From contig OZ024745.1 of assembly GCA_964016885.1 (NCBI GenBank), positions 91,884,001 to 91,948,000 of the forward strand: 64,000 bases of DNA, given 5' to 3'. Both the position numbers and the translations under genes were made by a program. The notes below the pieces were generated by a model that saw nothing but the letters and a program-made list of their open reading frames with translations, ran no database searches and was not told where the DNA came from. Source of the DNA: Eledone cirrhosa (lineage: Eukaryota). The first letter of the stretch is position 1, and each line of letters opens with the position of its first letter. Positions 14,501 through 28,300 of this stretch are shown here, piece by piece.

Positions 14501-17399
14501 GTCTGAGTATCAAACAGCTCCACTAGATACAGTAAGTTATATTACTCTGTCTGAGTATCAAACAGCTCCACTAGATAAAGTAAGTTATATTACTCTGCCT
14601 GAGTATCAAACAGCTCCACTAGATACTGTAAGTTATATTACTCTGTCTGCGTATCAAACAGCTCCACTAGATACAGTAAGTTATATTACTCTGCCTGAGT
14701 ATCAAACAGCTCCACTAGATAAAGTAAGTTATATTACTCTGCCTGAGTATCAAACAGCTCCACTAGATAAAGTAAGTTATATTACTCTGCCTGAGTATCA
14801 AACAGCTCCACTAGATACAGTAAGTTATATTACTCTGCCTGAGTATCAAACAGCTCCACTAGATACAGTAAGTTATATTACTCTGTCTGATTATCAAACA
14901 GCTCCACTAGATACAGTAAGTTATATTACTCTGCCTGAGTATCAAACAGCTCTCCCAGATACAGTAAGTTATATTACTCTGCCTGAGTATCAAACAGCTC
15001 CACTAGATACAGTAAGTTATATTATTCTGTCTGAGTATCAAACAGCTCCACTAGATACAGTAAGTTATATTACTCTGTCTGAGTATAAAACAGCTCCACT
15101 AGATACAGTAAGTTATATTACTCTGCCTGAGTATCAAACAGCTCCACTAGATACAGTAAGTTATATTACTCTGCCTGAGTATCAAACAGCTCCACTAGAT
15201 ACAGTAAGTTATATTACTCTGTCTGAGTATCAAACAGCTCCACTATATACAGTAGGTTATATTACTCTGCCTGAGTATCAAACAGCTCCCCTAGATACAG
15301 TAGGTTATATTATTCTGTCTGAGTATCAAACAGCTCCACTAGATACAGTAAGTTATATTACTCTGCCTGAGTATCAAACAGCTCCACTAGATACAGTAAG
15401 TTATATTACTCTGCCTGAGTATCAAACAGCTCCACTAGATACAGTAAGTTATATTACTCTGCCTGAGTATCAAGCAGCTCCACTAGATACAGTAAGTTAT
15501 ATTACTCTGTCTGAGTATCAAACAGCTCCACTAGATACAGTAAGTTTTATTACTCTGCCTGAGTATCAAACAGCTCCACCAGATACAGTAAGTTATATTA
15601 CTCAGCCTGAATATCAAACAGCTCCACTAGAGACAGTAAGTTATATTACTCTGTCTGAGTATCAAACAGCTCCACTAGATACAGTAAGTTATATTACTCT
15701 GTCTGAGTATCAAACAGCTCCACTAGATACTGTAAGTTATATTACTCTGTCTGCATATCAAACAGCTCCACTATATACAGTAAGTTATATTACTCTGTCT
15801 GAGTATCAAACAGCTCCACTAGATACAGTAAGTTATATTACTCTGTCTGAGTATCAAACGGCTCCACTAGATACAGTAAGTTATATTACTCTGTCTGAGT
15901 ATCAAACAGCTCCACTAGATACAGTAAGTTATATTACTCTGTCTGAGTATCAAACAGCTCCACTAGATACTGTAAGTTATATTACTCTGTCTGAGTATCA
16001 AACAGCTCCTCTAGATACAGTAAGTTATATTACTCTGTCTGAGTATCAAACAGCTCCACTAGATACAGTAAGTTATATTACTCTGCCTGAGTATCAAACA
16101 GCTCCACTAGATAAACTAAGTTATATTACTCTGCCTGAGTATCAAACAGCTCCACTAGATACAGTAAGTTATATTACTCTGTCTGAGTATCAAACAGCTC
16201 CACTAGATACAGTAAGTTATATTACTCTGCCTGAGTATCAAACAGCTCCACTTGATACAGTAAGTTATATTACTCTGTCTGATTATCAAACAGCTCCACT
16301 AGATACAGTAAGTTATATTACTCTGTCTGAGTATCAAACAGCTCCACTAGATACAGTAAGTTATGTTACTCTGCCTGAGTATCAAACAGCTCCACTAGAT
16401 ACAGTAAGTTATATTACTCTGTCTGAGTATCAAACAGCTCCACTAAATACAGTAAGTTATATTACTCTGTCTGCGTATCAAACAGCTCCACTAGATACAG
16501 TAAGTTATATTACTCTGCCTGAGTATCAAACAGCTCCACTAGATACAGTAAGTTATATTATTCTGTCTGAGTATCAAACAGCTCCACTAGATACAGTAAG
16601 TTATATTACTCTGTCTGAGTATCAAACAGCTCCACTAGATACAGTAAGTTATATTACTCTGCCTCAGTATCAAACAGCTCCACTAGATACAGTAAGTTAT
16701 ATTACTCAGCCTGAGTATCAAACAGCTCCACTAGATACAGTAAGTTATATTACTCTGTCTGAGTATCAAACAGCTCCACTATATACAGTAGGTTATATTA
16801 CTCTGCCTGAGTATCAAACAGCTCCCCTAGATACAGTAGGTTATATTACTCTGTCTGAGTATCAAACAGCTCCACTAGATACAGTAAGTTATATTACTCT
16901 GCCTGAGTATCAACCAGCTCCAATAGATACAGTAAGTTATATTACTCTGCCTGAGTATCAAACAGCTCCACTAGATACAGTAAGTTATATTACTCTGCCT
17001 GAGTATCAAGCAGCTCCACTAGATACAGTAAGTTATATTACTCTGTCTGAGTATCAAACAGCTCCACTAGATACAGTAAGTTTTATTACTCTGCCTGAGT
17101 ATCAAACACCTCCACTAGATACAGTAAGTTATATTATTCTGTCTGAGTATCAAACAGCTCCACTAGATAAAGTAAGTTATATTACTCTGCCTGAGTATCA
17201 AACAGCTCCACTAGATAAAGTAAGTTATATTACTCTGCCTGAGTATCAAACAGCTCCACTAGATACAGTAAGTTATATTACTCTGCCTGAGTATCAAACA
17301 GCTCCACTAGATACAGTAAGTTATATTACTCTGTCTGATTATCAAACAGCTCCACTAGATACAGTAAGTTATATTACTCTGCCTGAGTATCAAACAGCT

Positions 17400-19350
17400 C
17401 CACTAGATACAGTAAGTTATATTACTCTGCTTGAGTATCAAACAGCTCCACTAGATACAGTAGGTTATATTACTCTGCCTGAGTATCAAACAGCTCCCCT
17501 AGATACAGTAGGTTATATTACTCTGCCTGAGTATTAAACAGCTCCACTAGATACTGTAAGTTATATTACTCTGTCTGCGTATCAAACAGCTCCACTAGAT
17601 ACAGTAAGTTATATTACTCTGTCTGAGTATCAAACCGCTCCACTAGATACAGTAAGTTATATTACTCTGCCTGAGTATCAAACAGCTCCACTAGATAAAG
17701 TAAGTTATATTACTCTGCCTGAGTATCAAACAGCTCCACTAGATACAGTAAGTTATATTACTCTGTCTGATTATCAAACAGCTCCACTAGATACAGTAAG
17801 TTATATTACTCTGTCTGAGTATCAAACAGCTCCACTAGATACAGTAAGTTATATTACTCTGCCTGAGTATCAAACAGCTCCCCCAGATACAGTAAGTTAT
17901 ATTACTCTGCCTGAGTATCAAACAGCTCCACTAGATACTGGAAGTTATATTACTCTGTCTGCGTATCAAACAGCTCCACTAGATACAGTAAGTTATATTA
18001 CTCTGCCTGAGTATCAAACAGCTCCACTAGATACAGTAAGTTATATTACTCTGCCTGAGTATCAAACAGCTCCACTAGATACAGTAAGTTATATTATTCT
18101 GTCTGAGTATCAAACAGCTCCACTAGATACAGTAAGTTATATTACTCTGCCTGAGTATCAAACAGCTCCACTAGATACAGTAAGTTATATTACTCTGCTT
18201 GAGTATCAAACAGCTCCACTAGATACAGTAGGTTATATTACTCTGCCTGAGTATCAAACAGCTCCCCTAGATACAGTAGGTTATATTACTCTGCCTGAGT
18301 ATTAAACAGCTCCACTAGATACTGTAAGTTATATTACTCTGTCTGCGTATCAAACAGCTCCACTAGATACAGTAAGTTATATTACTCTGTCTGAGTATCA
18401 AACCGCTCCACTAGATACAGTAAGTTATATTACTCTGCCTGAGTATCAAACAGCTCCACTAGATAAAGTAAGTTATATTACTCTGCCTGAGTATCAAACA
18501 GCTCCACTAGATACAGTAAGTTATATTACTCTGTCTGATTATCAAACAGCTCCACTAGATACAGTAAGTTATATTACTCTGTCTGAGTATCAAACAGCTC
18601 CACTAGATACAGTAAGTTATATTACTCTGCCTGAGTATCAAACAGCTCCCCCAGATACAGTAAGTTATATTACTCTGCCTGAGTATCAAACAGCTCCACT
18701 AGATACTGGAAGTTATATTACTCTGTCTGCGTATCAAACAGCTCCACTAGATACAGTAAGTTATATTACTCTGCCTGAGTATCAAACAGCTCCACTAGAT
18801 ACAGTAAGTTATATTACTCTGCCTGAGTATCAAACAGCTCCACTAGATACAGTAAGTTATATTATTCTGTCTGAGTATCAAACAGCTCCACTAGATACAG
18901 TAAGTTATATTACTCTGCCTGAGTATCAAACAGCTCCACTAGATACAGTAAGTTATATTACTCTGCTTGAGTATCAAACAGCTCCACTAGATACAGTAGG
19001 TTATATTACTCTGCCTGAGTATCAAACAGCTCCCCTAGATACAGTAGGTTATATTACTCTGCCTGAGTATTAAACAGCTCCACTAGATACTGTAAGTTAT
19101 ATTACTCTGTCTGCGTATCAAACAGCTCCACTAGATACAGTAAGTTATATTACTCTGTCTGAGTATCAAACCGCTCCACTAGATACAGTAAGTTATATTA
19201 CTCTGCCTGAGTATCAAACAGCTCCACTAGATAAAGTAAGTTATATTACTCTGCCTGAGTATCAAACAGCTCCACTAGATACAGTAAGTTATATTACTCT
19301 GTCTGATTATCAAACAGCTCCACTAGATACAGTAAGTTATATTACTCTGT
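17400..19350. repeat. 16-monomer (768-bp) sub-repeat, ~2.5-3 copies; boundaries approximate
   Basis: TAA variant at 17535, 18303 and 19071, exactly 768 bp apart, in the same variant context as the 13.0-14.5 kb copies. Confidence 0.85.
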
Positions 19351-22300
19351 CTGAGTATCAAACAGCTCCACTAGATACAGTAAGTTATATTACTCTGTCT
19401 GAGTATCAAACAGCTCCACTAGATAAAGTAAGTTATATTACTCTGCCTGAGTATCAAACAGCTCCACTAGATACTGTAAGTTATATTACTCTGTCTGCGT
19501 ATCAAACAGCTCCACTAGATACAGTAAGTTATATTACTCTGCCTGAGTATCAAACAGCTCCACTAGATAAAGTAAGTTATATTACTCTGCCTGAGTATCA
19601 AACAGCTCCACTAGATAAAGTAAGTTATATTACTCTGCCTGAGTATCAAACAGCTCCACTAGATACAGTAAGTTATATTACTCTGCCTGAGTATCAAACA
19701 GCTCCACTAGATACAGTAAGTTATATTACTCTGTCTGATTATCAAACAGCTCCACTAGATACAGTAAGTTATATTACTCTGCCTGAGTATCAAACAGCTC
19801 TCCCAGATACAGTAAGTTATATTACTCTGCCTGAGTATCAAACAGCTCCACTAGATACAGTAAGTTATATTATTCTGTCTGAGTATCAAACAGCTCCACT
19901 AGATACAGTAAGTTATATTACTCTGTCTGAGTATAAAACAGCTCCACTAGATACAGTAAGTTATATTACTCTGCCTGAGTATCAAACAGCTCCACTAGAT
20001 ACAGTAAGTTATATTACTCTGCCTGAGTATCAAACAGCTCCACTAGATACAGTAAGTTATATTACTCTGTCTGAGTATCAAACAGCTCCACTATATACAG
20101 TAGGTTATATTACTCTGCCTGAGTATCAAACAGCTCCCCTAGATACAGTAGGTTATATTATTCTGTCTGAGTATCAAACAGCTCCACTAGATACAGTAAG
20201 TTATATTACTCTGCCTGAGTATCAAACAGCTCCACTAGATACAGTAAGTTATATTACTCTGCCTGAGTATCAAACAGCTCCACTAGATACAGTAAGTTAT
20301 ATTACTCTGCCTGAGTATCAAGCAGCTCCACTAGATACAGTAAGTTATATTACTCTGTCTGAGTATCAAACAGCTCCACTAGATACAGTAAGTTTTATTA
20401 CTCTGCCTGAGTATCAAACAGCTCCACCAGATACAGTAAGTTATATTACTCAGCCTGAATATCAAACAGCTCCACTAGAGACAGTAAGTTATATTACTCT
20501 GTCTGAGTATCAAACAGCTCCACTAGATACAGTAAGTTATATTACTCTGTCTGTGTATCAAACAGCTCCACTAGATACTGTAAGTTATATTACTCTGTCT
20601 GCATATCAAACAGCTCCACTATATACAGTAAGTTATATTACTCTGTCTGAGTATCAAACAGCTCCACTAGATACAGTAAGTTATATTACTCTGTCTGAGT
20701 ATCAAACGGCTCCACTAGATACAGTAAGTTATATTACTCTGTCTGAGTATCAAACAGCTCCACTAGATACAGTAAGTTATATTACTCTGTCTGAGTATCA
20801 AACAGCTCCACTAGATACTGTAAGTTATATTACTCTGTCTGAGTATCAAACAGCTCCTCTAGATACAGTAAGTTATATTACTCTGTCTGAGTATCAAACA
20901 GCTCCACTAGATACAGTAAGTTATATTACTCTGCCTGAGTATCAAACAGCTCCACTAGATAAACTAAGTTATATTACTCTGCCTGAGTATCAAACAGCTC
21001 CACTAGATACAGTAAGTTATATTACTCTGTCTGAGTATCAAACAGCTCCACTAGATACAGTAAGTTATATTACTCTGCCTGAGTATCAAACAGCTCCACT
21101 TGATACAGTAAGTTATATTACTCTGTCTGATTATCAAACAGCTCCACTAGATACAGTAAGTTATATTACTCTGTCTGAGTATCAAACAGCTCCACTAGAT
21201 ACAGTAAGTTATGTTACTCTGCCTGAGTATCAAACAGCTCCACTAGATACAGTAAGTTATATTACTCTGTCTGAGTATCAAACAGCTCCACTAAATACAG
21301 TAAGTTATATTACTCTGTCTGCGTATCAAACAGCTCCACTAGATACAGTAAGTTATATTACTCTGCCTGAGTATCAAACAGCTCCACTAGATACAGTAAG
21401 TTATATTATTCTGTCTGAGTATCAAACAGCTCCACTAGATACAGTAAGTTATATTACTCTGTCTGAGTATCAAACAGCTCCACTAGATACAGTAAGTTAT
21501 ATTACTCTGCCTCAGTATCAAACAGCTCCACTAGATACAGTAAGTTATATTACTCAGCCTGAGTATCAAACAGCTCCACTAGATACAGTAAGTTATATTA
21601 CTCTGTCTGAGTATCAAACAGCTCCACTATATACAGTAGGTTATATTACTCTGCCTGAGTATCAAACAGCTCCCCTAGATACAGTAGGTTATATTACTCT
21701 GTCTGAGTATCAAACAGCTCCACTAGATACAGTAAGTTATATTACTCTGCCTGAGTATCAACCAGCTCCAATAGATACAGTAAGTTATATTACTCTGCCT
21801 GAGTATCAAACAGCTCCACTAGATACAGTAAGTTATATTACTCTGCCTGAGTATCAAGCAGCTCCACTAGATACAGTAAGTTATATTACTCTGTCTGAGT
21901 ATCAAACAGCTCCACTAGATACAGTAAGTTTTATTACTCTGCCTGAGTATCAAACACCTCCACTAGATACAGTAAGTTATATTATTCTGTCTGAGTATCA
22001 AACAGCTCCACTAGATAAAGTAAGTTATATTACTCTGCCTGAGTATCAAACAGCTCCACTAGATAAAGTAAGTTATATTACTCTGCCTGAGTATCAAACA
22101 GCTCCACTAGATACAGTAAGTTATATTACTCTGCCTGAGTATCAAACAGCTCCACTAGATACAGTAAGTTATATTACTCTGTCTGATTATCAAACAGCTC
22201 CACTAGATACAGTAAGTTATATTACTCTGCCTGAGTATCAAACAGCTCCCCCAGATACAGTAAGTTATATTACTCTGCCTGAGTATCAAACAGCTCCACT

Positions 22301-25300
22301 AGATACTGGAAGTTATATTACTCTGTCTGCGTATCAAACAGCTCCACTATATACAGTAGGTTATATTACTCTGCCTGAGTATCAAACAGCTCCCCTAGAT
22401 ACAGTAGGTTATATTATTCTGTCTGAGTATCAAACAGCTCCACTAGATACAGTAAGTTATATTACTCTGCCTGAGTATCAAACAGCTCCACTAGATACAG
22501 TAAGTTATATTACTCTGCCTGAGTATCAAACAGCTCCACTAGATACAGTAAGTTATATTACTCTGCCTGAGTATCAAGCAGCTCCACTAGATACAGTAAG
22601 TTATATTACTCTGTCTGAGTATCAAACAGCTCCACTAGATACAGTAAGTTTTATTACTCTGCCTGAGTATCAAACAGCTCCACCAGATACAGTAAGTTAT
22701 ATTACTCTGCCTGAATATCAAACAGCTCCACTAGAGACAGTAAGTTATATTACTCTGTCTGAGTATCAAACAGCTCCACTAGATACAGTAAGTTATATTA
22801 CTCTGTCTGAGTATCAAACAGCTCCACTAGATACTGTAAGTTATATTACTCTGTCTGCATATCAAACAGCTCCACTATATACAGTAAGTTATATTACTCT
22901 GTCTGAGTATCAAACAGCTCCACTAGATACAGTAAGTTATATTACTCTGTCTGAGTATCAAACGGCTCCACTAGATACAGTAAGTTATATTACTCTGTCT
23001 GAGTATCAAACAGCTCCACTAGATACAGTAAGTTATATTACTCTGTCTGAGTATCAAACAGCTCCACTAGATACTGTAAGTTATATTACTCTGTCTGAGT
23101 ATCAAACAGCTCCTCTAGATACAGTAAGTTATATTACTCTGTCTGAGTATCAAACAGCTCCACTAGATACAGTAAGTTATATTACTCTGCCTGAGTATCA
23201 AACAGCTCCACTAGATAAACTAAGTTATATTACTCTGCCTGAGTATCAAACAGCTCCACTAGATACAGTAAGTTATATTACTCTGTCTGAGTATCAAACA
23301 GCTCCACTAGATACAGTAAGTTATATTACTCTGCCTGAGTATCAAACAGCTCCACTTGATACAGTAAGTTATATTACTCTGTCTGATTATCAAACAGCTC
23401 CACTAGATACAGTAAGTTATATTACTCTGTCTGAGTATCAAACAGCTCCACTAGATACAGTAAGTTATGTTACTCTGCCTGAGTATCAAACAGCTCCACT
23501 AGATACAGTAAGTTATATTACTCTGTCTGAGTATCAAACAGCTCCACTAAATACAGTAAGTTATATTACTCTGTCTGCGTATCAAACAGCTCCACTAGAT
23601 ACAGTAAGTTATATTACTCTGCCTGAGTATCAAACAGCTCCACTAGATACAGTAAGTTATATTATTCTGTCTGAGTATCAAACAGCTCCACTAGATACAG
23701 TAAGTTATATTACTCTGTCTGAGTATCAAACAGCTCCACTAGATACAGTAAGTTATATTACTCTGCCTCAGTATCAAACAGCTCCACTAGATACAGTAAG
23801 TTATATTACTCAGCCTGAGTATCAAACAGCTCCACTAGATACAGTAAGTTATATTACTCTGTCTGAGTATCAAACAGCTCCACTAGATACAGTAAGTTAT
23901 ATTACTCTGCCTGAGTATCAAACAGCTCCACTAGATACTGGAAGTTATATTACTCTGTCTGCGTATCAAACAGCTCCACTATATACAGTAAGTTATATTA
24001 CTCTGCCTGAGTATCAAACAGCTCCACTAGATACAGTAAGTTATATTACTCTGCTTGAGTATCAAACAGCTCCACTAGATACAGTAGGTTATATTACTCT
24101 GCCTGAGTATCAAACAGCTCCCCTAGATACAGTAGGTTATATTACTCTGTCTGAGTATCAAACAGCTCCACTAGATACAGTAAGTTATATTACTCTGCCT
24201 GAGTATCAAACAGCTCCACTAGATACAGTAAGTTATATTACTCTGCCTGAGTATCAAACAGCTCCACTAGATACAGTAAGTTATATTACTCTGCCTGAGT
24301 ATCAAGCAGCTCCACTAGATACAGTAAGTTATATTACTCTGTCTGAGTATCAAACAGCTCCACTAGATACAGTAAGTTATATTCCTCTGCCTGAGTATCA
24401 AACAGCTCCCCTAGATACAGTAAGTTATATTACTCTGTCTGAGTATCAAACAGCTCCACTAGATACAGTAAGTTATATTACTCTGTCTGAGTATCAAACA
24501 GCTCCACTAGATACAGTAAGTTATATTACTCTGCCTGAGTATCAAACAGCTCCACTAGATAAACTAAGTTATATTACTCTGCCTGAGTATCAAACAACTC
24601 CACTAGATAAACTAAGTTATATTACTCTGTCTGAGTATCAAACAGCTCCACTAGATAAACTAAGTTATATTACTCTGCCTGAGTATCATACAGCTCCACT
24701 AGATACAGTAAGTTATATTACTCTGCCTGAGTATCAAACAGCTCCACTAGATACAGTAAGTTATATTACTCTGTCTGATTATCAAACAGCTCCACTAGAT
24801 ACAGTAAGTTATATTACTCTGCCTGAGTATCAAACAGCTCCCCCAGATACAGTAAGTTATATTACTCTGCCTGAGTATCAAACAGCTCCACTAGATACTG
24901 GAAGTTATATTACTCTGTCTGCGTATCAAACAGCTCCACTAGATACAGTAAGTTATATTACTCTGCCTGAGTATCAAACAGCTCCACTAGATACAGTAAG
25001 TTATATTACTCTGCTTGAGTATCAAACAGCTCCACTAGATACAGTAGGTTATATTACTCTGCCTGAGTATCAAACAGCTCCCCTAGATACAGTAGGTTAT
25101 ATTACTCTGTCTGAGTATCAAACAGCTCCACTAGATACAGTAAGTTATATTACTCTGCCTGAGTATCAAACAGCTCCACTAGATACAGTAAGTTATATTA
25201 CTCTGCCTGAGTATCAAACAGCTCCACTAGATACAGTAAGTTATATTACTCTGCCTGAGTATCAAGCAGCTCCACTAGATACAGTAAGTTATATTACTCT

Positions 25301-28300
25301 GTCTGAGTATCAAACAGCTCCACTAGATACAGTAAGTTATATTCCTCTGCCTGAGTATCAATCAGCTCCCCTAGATACAGTAAGTTATATTACTCTGTCT
25401 GAGTATCAAACAGCTCCACTAGATACAGTAAGTTATATTACTCTGTCTGAGTATCAAACAGCTCCACTAGATACAGTAAGTTATATTACTCTGCCTGAGT
25501 ATCAAACAGCTCCACTAGATAAACTAAGTTATATTACTCTGCCTGAGTATCAAACAACTCCACTAGATAAACTAAGTTATATTACTCTGTCTGAGTATCA
25601 AACAGCTCCACTAGATAAACTAAGTTATATTACTCTGCCTGAGTATCATACAGCTCCACTAGATACAGTAAGTTATATTCCTCTGCCTGAGTATCAAACA
25701 GCTCCCCTAGATACTGTAAGTTATATTACTCTGTCTGCGTATCAAACAGCTCCACTATATACAGTAAGTTATATTACTCTGTCTGAGTATCAAACAGCTC
25801 CACTAGATACAGTAAGTTATATTACTCTGCCTGAGTATCAAACAGCTCCACTAGATAAACTAAGTTATATTACTCTGTCTGAGTATCAAACAGCTCCACT
25901 AGATACAGTAAGTTATATTACTCTGCCTGAGTATCAAACAGCTCCACTAGATAAACTAAGTTATATTACTCTGCCTGAGTATCATACAGCTCCACTAGAT
26001 ACAGTAAGTTATATTACTCTGTCTGAGTATCAAACAGCTCCACTAGATACAGTAAGTTATATTACTCTGCCTGAGTATCAAACAGCTCCACTTGATACAG
26101 TAAGTTATATTACTCTGTCTGATTATCAAACAGCTCCCCCAGATACAGTAAGTTATTTTACTCTGCCTGAGTATCAAACAGCTCCACTAGATACAGTAAG
26201 TTATATTATTCTGTCTGAGTATCAAACAGCTCCACTAGATACAGTAAGTTATATTACTCTGTCTGAGTATCAAACAGCTCCACTAAATACAGTAAGTTAT
26301 ATTACTCTGTCTGCGTATCAAACAGCTCCACTAGATACAGTAAGTTATATTACTCTGTCTGAGTATCAAACAGCTCCACTAGATAAAGTAAGTTATATTA
26401 CTCTGCCTGAGTATCAAACAGCTCCACTAGATACTGTAAGTTATATTACTCTGTCTGCGTATCAAACAGCTCCACTAGATACAGTAAGTTATATTACTCT
26501 GCCTGAGTATCAAACAGCTCCACTAGATAAAGTAAGTTATATTACTCTGCCTGAGTATCAAACAGCTCCACTAGATAAAGTAAGTTATATTACTCTGCCT
26601 GAGTATCAAACAGCTCCACTAGATACAGTAAGTTATATTACTCTGCCTGAGTATGAAACAGCTCCACTAGATACAGTAAGTTATATTACTCTGTCTGAGT
26701 ATCAAACAGCTCCACTAGATACAGTAAGTTATATTACTCTGCCTGAGTATCAAACAGCTCCACTAGATACAGTAAGTTATGTTACTCTGTCTGAGTATCA
26801 AACAGCTCCACTAAATACAGTAAGTTATATTACTCTGTCTGCGTATCAAACAGCTCCACTAGATACAGTAAGTTATATTACTCTGCCTGAGTATCAAACA
26901 GCTCCACTAGATACAGTAAGTTATATTATTCTGTCTGAGTATCAAACAGCTCCACTAGATACAGTAAGTTATATTACTCTGTCTGAGTATCAAACAGCTC
27001 CACTAGATACAGTAAGTTATATTACTCTGCCTCAGTATCAAACAGCTCCACTAGATACAGTAAGTTATATTACTCAGCCTGAGTATCAAACAGCTCCACT
27101 AGATACAGTAAGTTATATTACTCTGTCTGAGTATCAAACAGCTCCACTATATACAGTAGGTTATATTACTCTGCCTGAGTATCAAACAGCTCCCCTAGAT
27201 ACAGTAGGTTATATTACTCTGTCTGAGTATCAAACAGCTCCACTAGATACAGTAAGTTATATTACTCTGCCTGAGTATCAACCAGCTCCAATAGATACAG
27301 TAAGTTATATTACTCTGCCTGAGTATCAAACAGCTCCACTAGATACAGTAAGTTATATTACTCTGCCTGAGTATCAAGCAGCTCCACTAGATACAGTAAG
27401 TTATATTACTCTGTCTGAGTATCAAACAGCTCCACTAGATACAGTAAGTTTTATTACTCTGCCTGAGTATCAAACAGCTCCACTAGATACAGTAAGTTAT
27501 ATTATTCTGTCTGAGTATCAAACAGCTCCACTAGATAAAGTAAGTTATATTACTCTGCCTGAGTATCAAACAGCTCCACTAGATAAAGTAAGTTATATTA
27601 CTCTGCCTGAGTATCAAACAGCTCCACTAGATACAGTAAGTTATATTACTCTGCCTGAGTATCAAACAGCTCCACTAGATACAGTAAGTTATATTACTCT
27701 GTCTGATTATCAAACAGCTCCACTAGATACAGTAAGTTATATTACTCTGCCTGAGTATCAAACAGCTCCCCCAGATACAGTAAGTTATATTACTCTGCCT
27801 GAGTATCAAACAGCTCCACTAGATACTGGAAGTTATATTACTCTGTCTGCGTATCAAACAGCTCCACTAGATACAGTAAGTTATATTACTCTGCCTGAGT
27901 ATCAAACAGCTCCACTAGATACAGTAAGTTATATTACTCTGCTTGAGTATCAAACAGCTCCACTAGATACAGTAGGTTATATTACTCTGCCTGAGTATCA
28001 AACAGCTCCCCTAGATACAGTAGGTTATATTACTCTGTCTGAGTATCAAACAGCTCCACTAGATACAGTAAGTTATATTACTCTGCCTGAGTATCAAACA
28101 GCTCCACTAGATACAGTAAGTTATATTACTCTGCCTGAGTATCAAACAGCTCCACTAGATACAGTAAGTTATATTACTCTGCCTGAGTATCAAGCAGCTC
28201 CACTAGATACAGTAAGTTATATTACTCTGTCTGAGTATCAAACAGCTCCACTAGATACAGTAAGTTATATTCCTCTGCCTGAGTATCAAACAGGTCCCCT

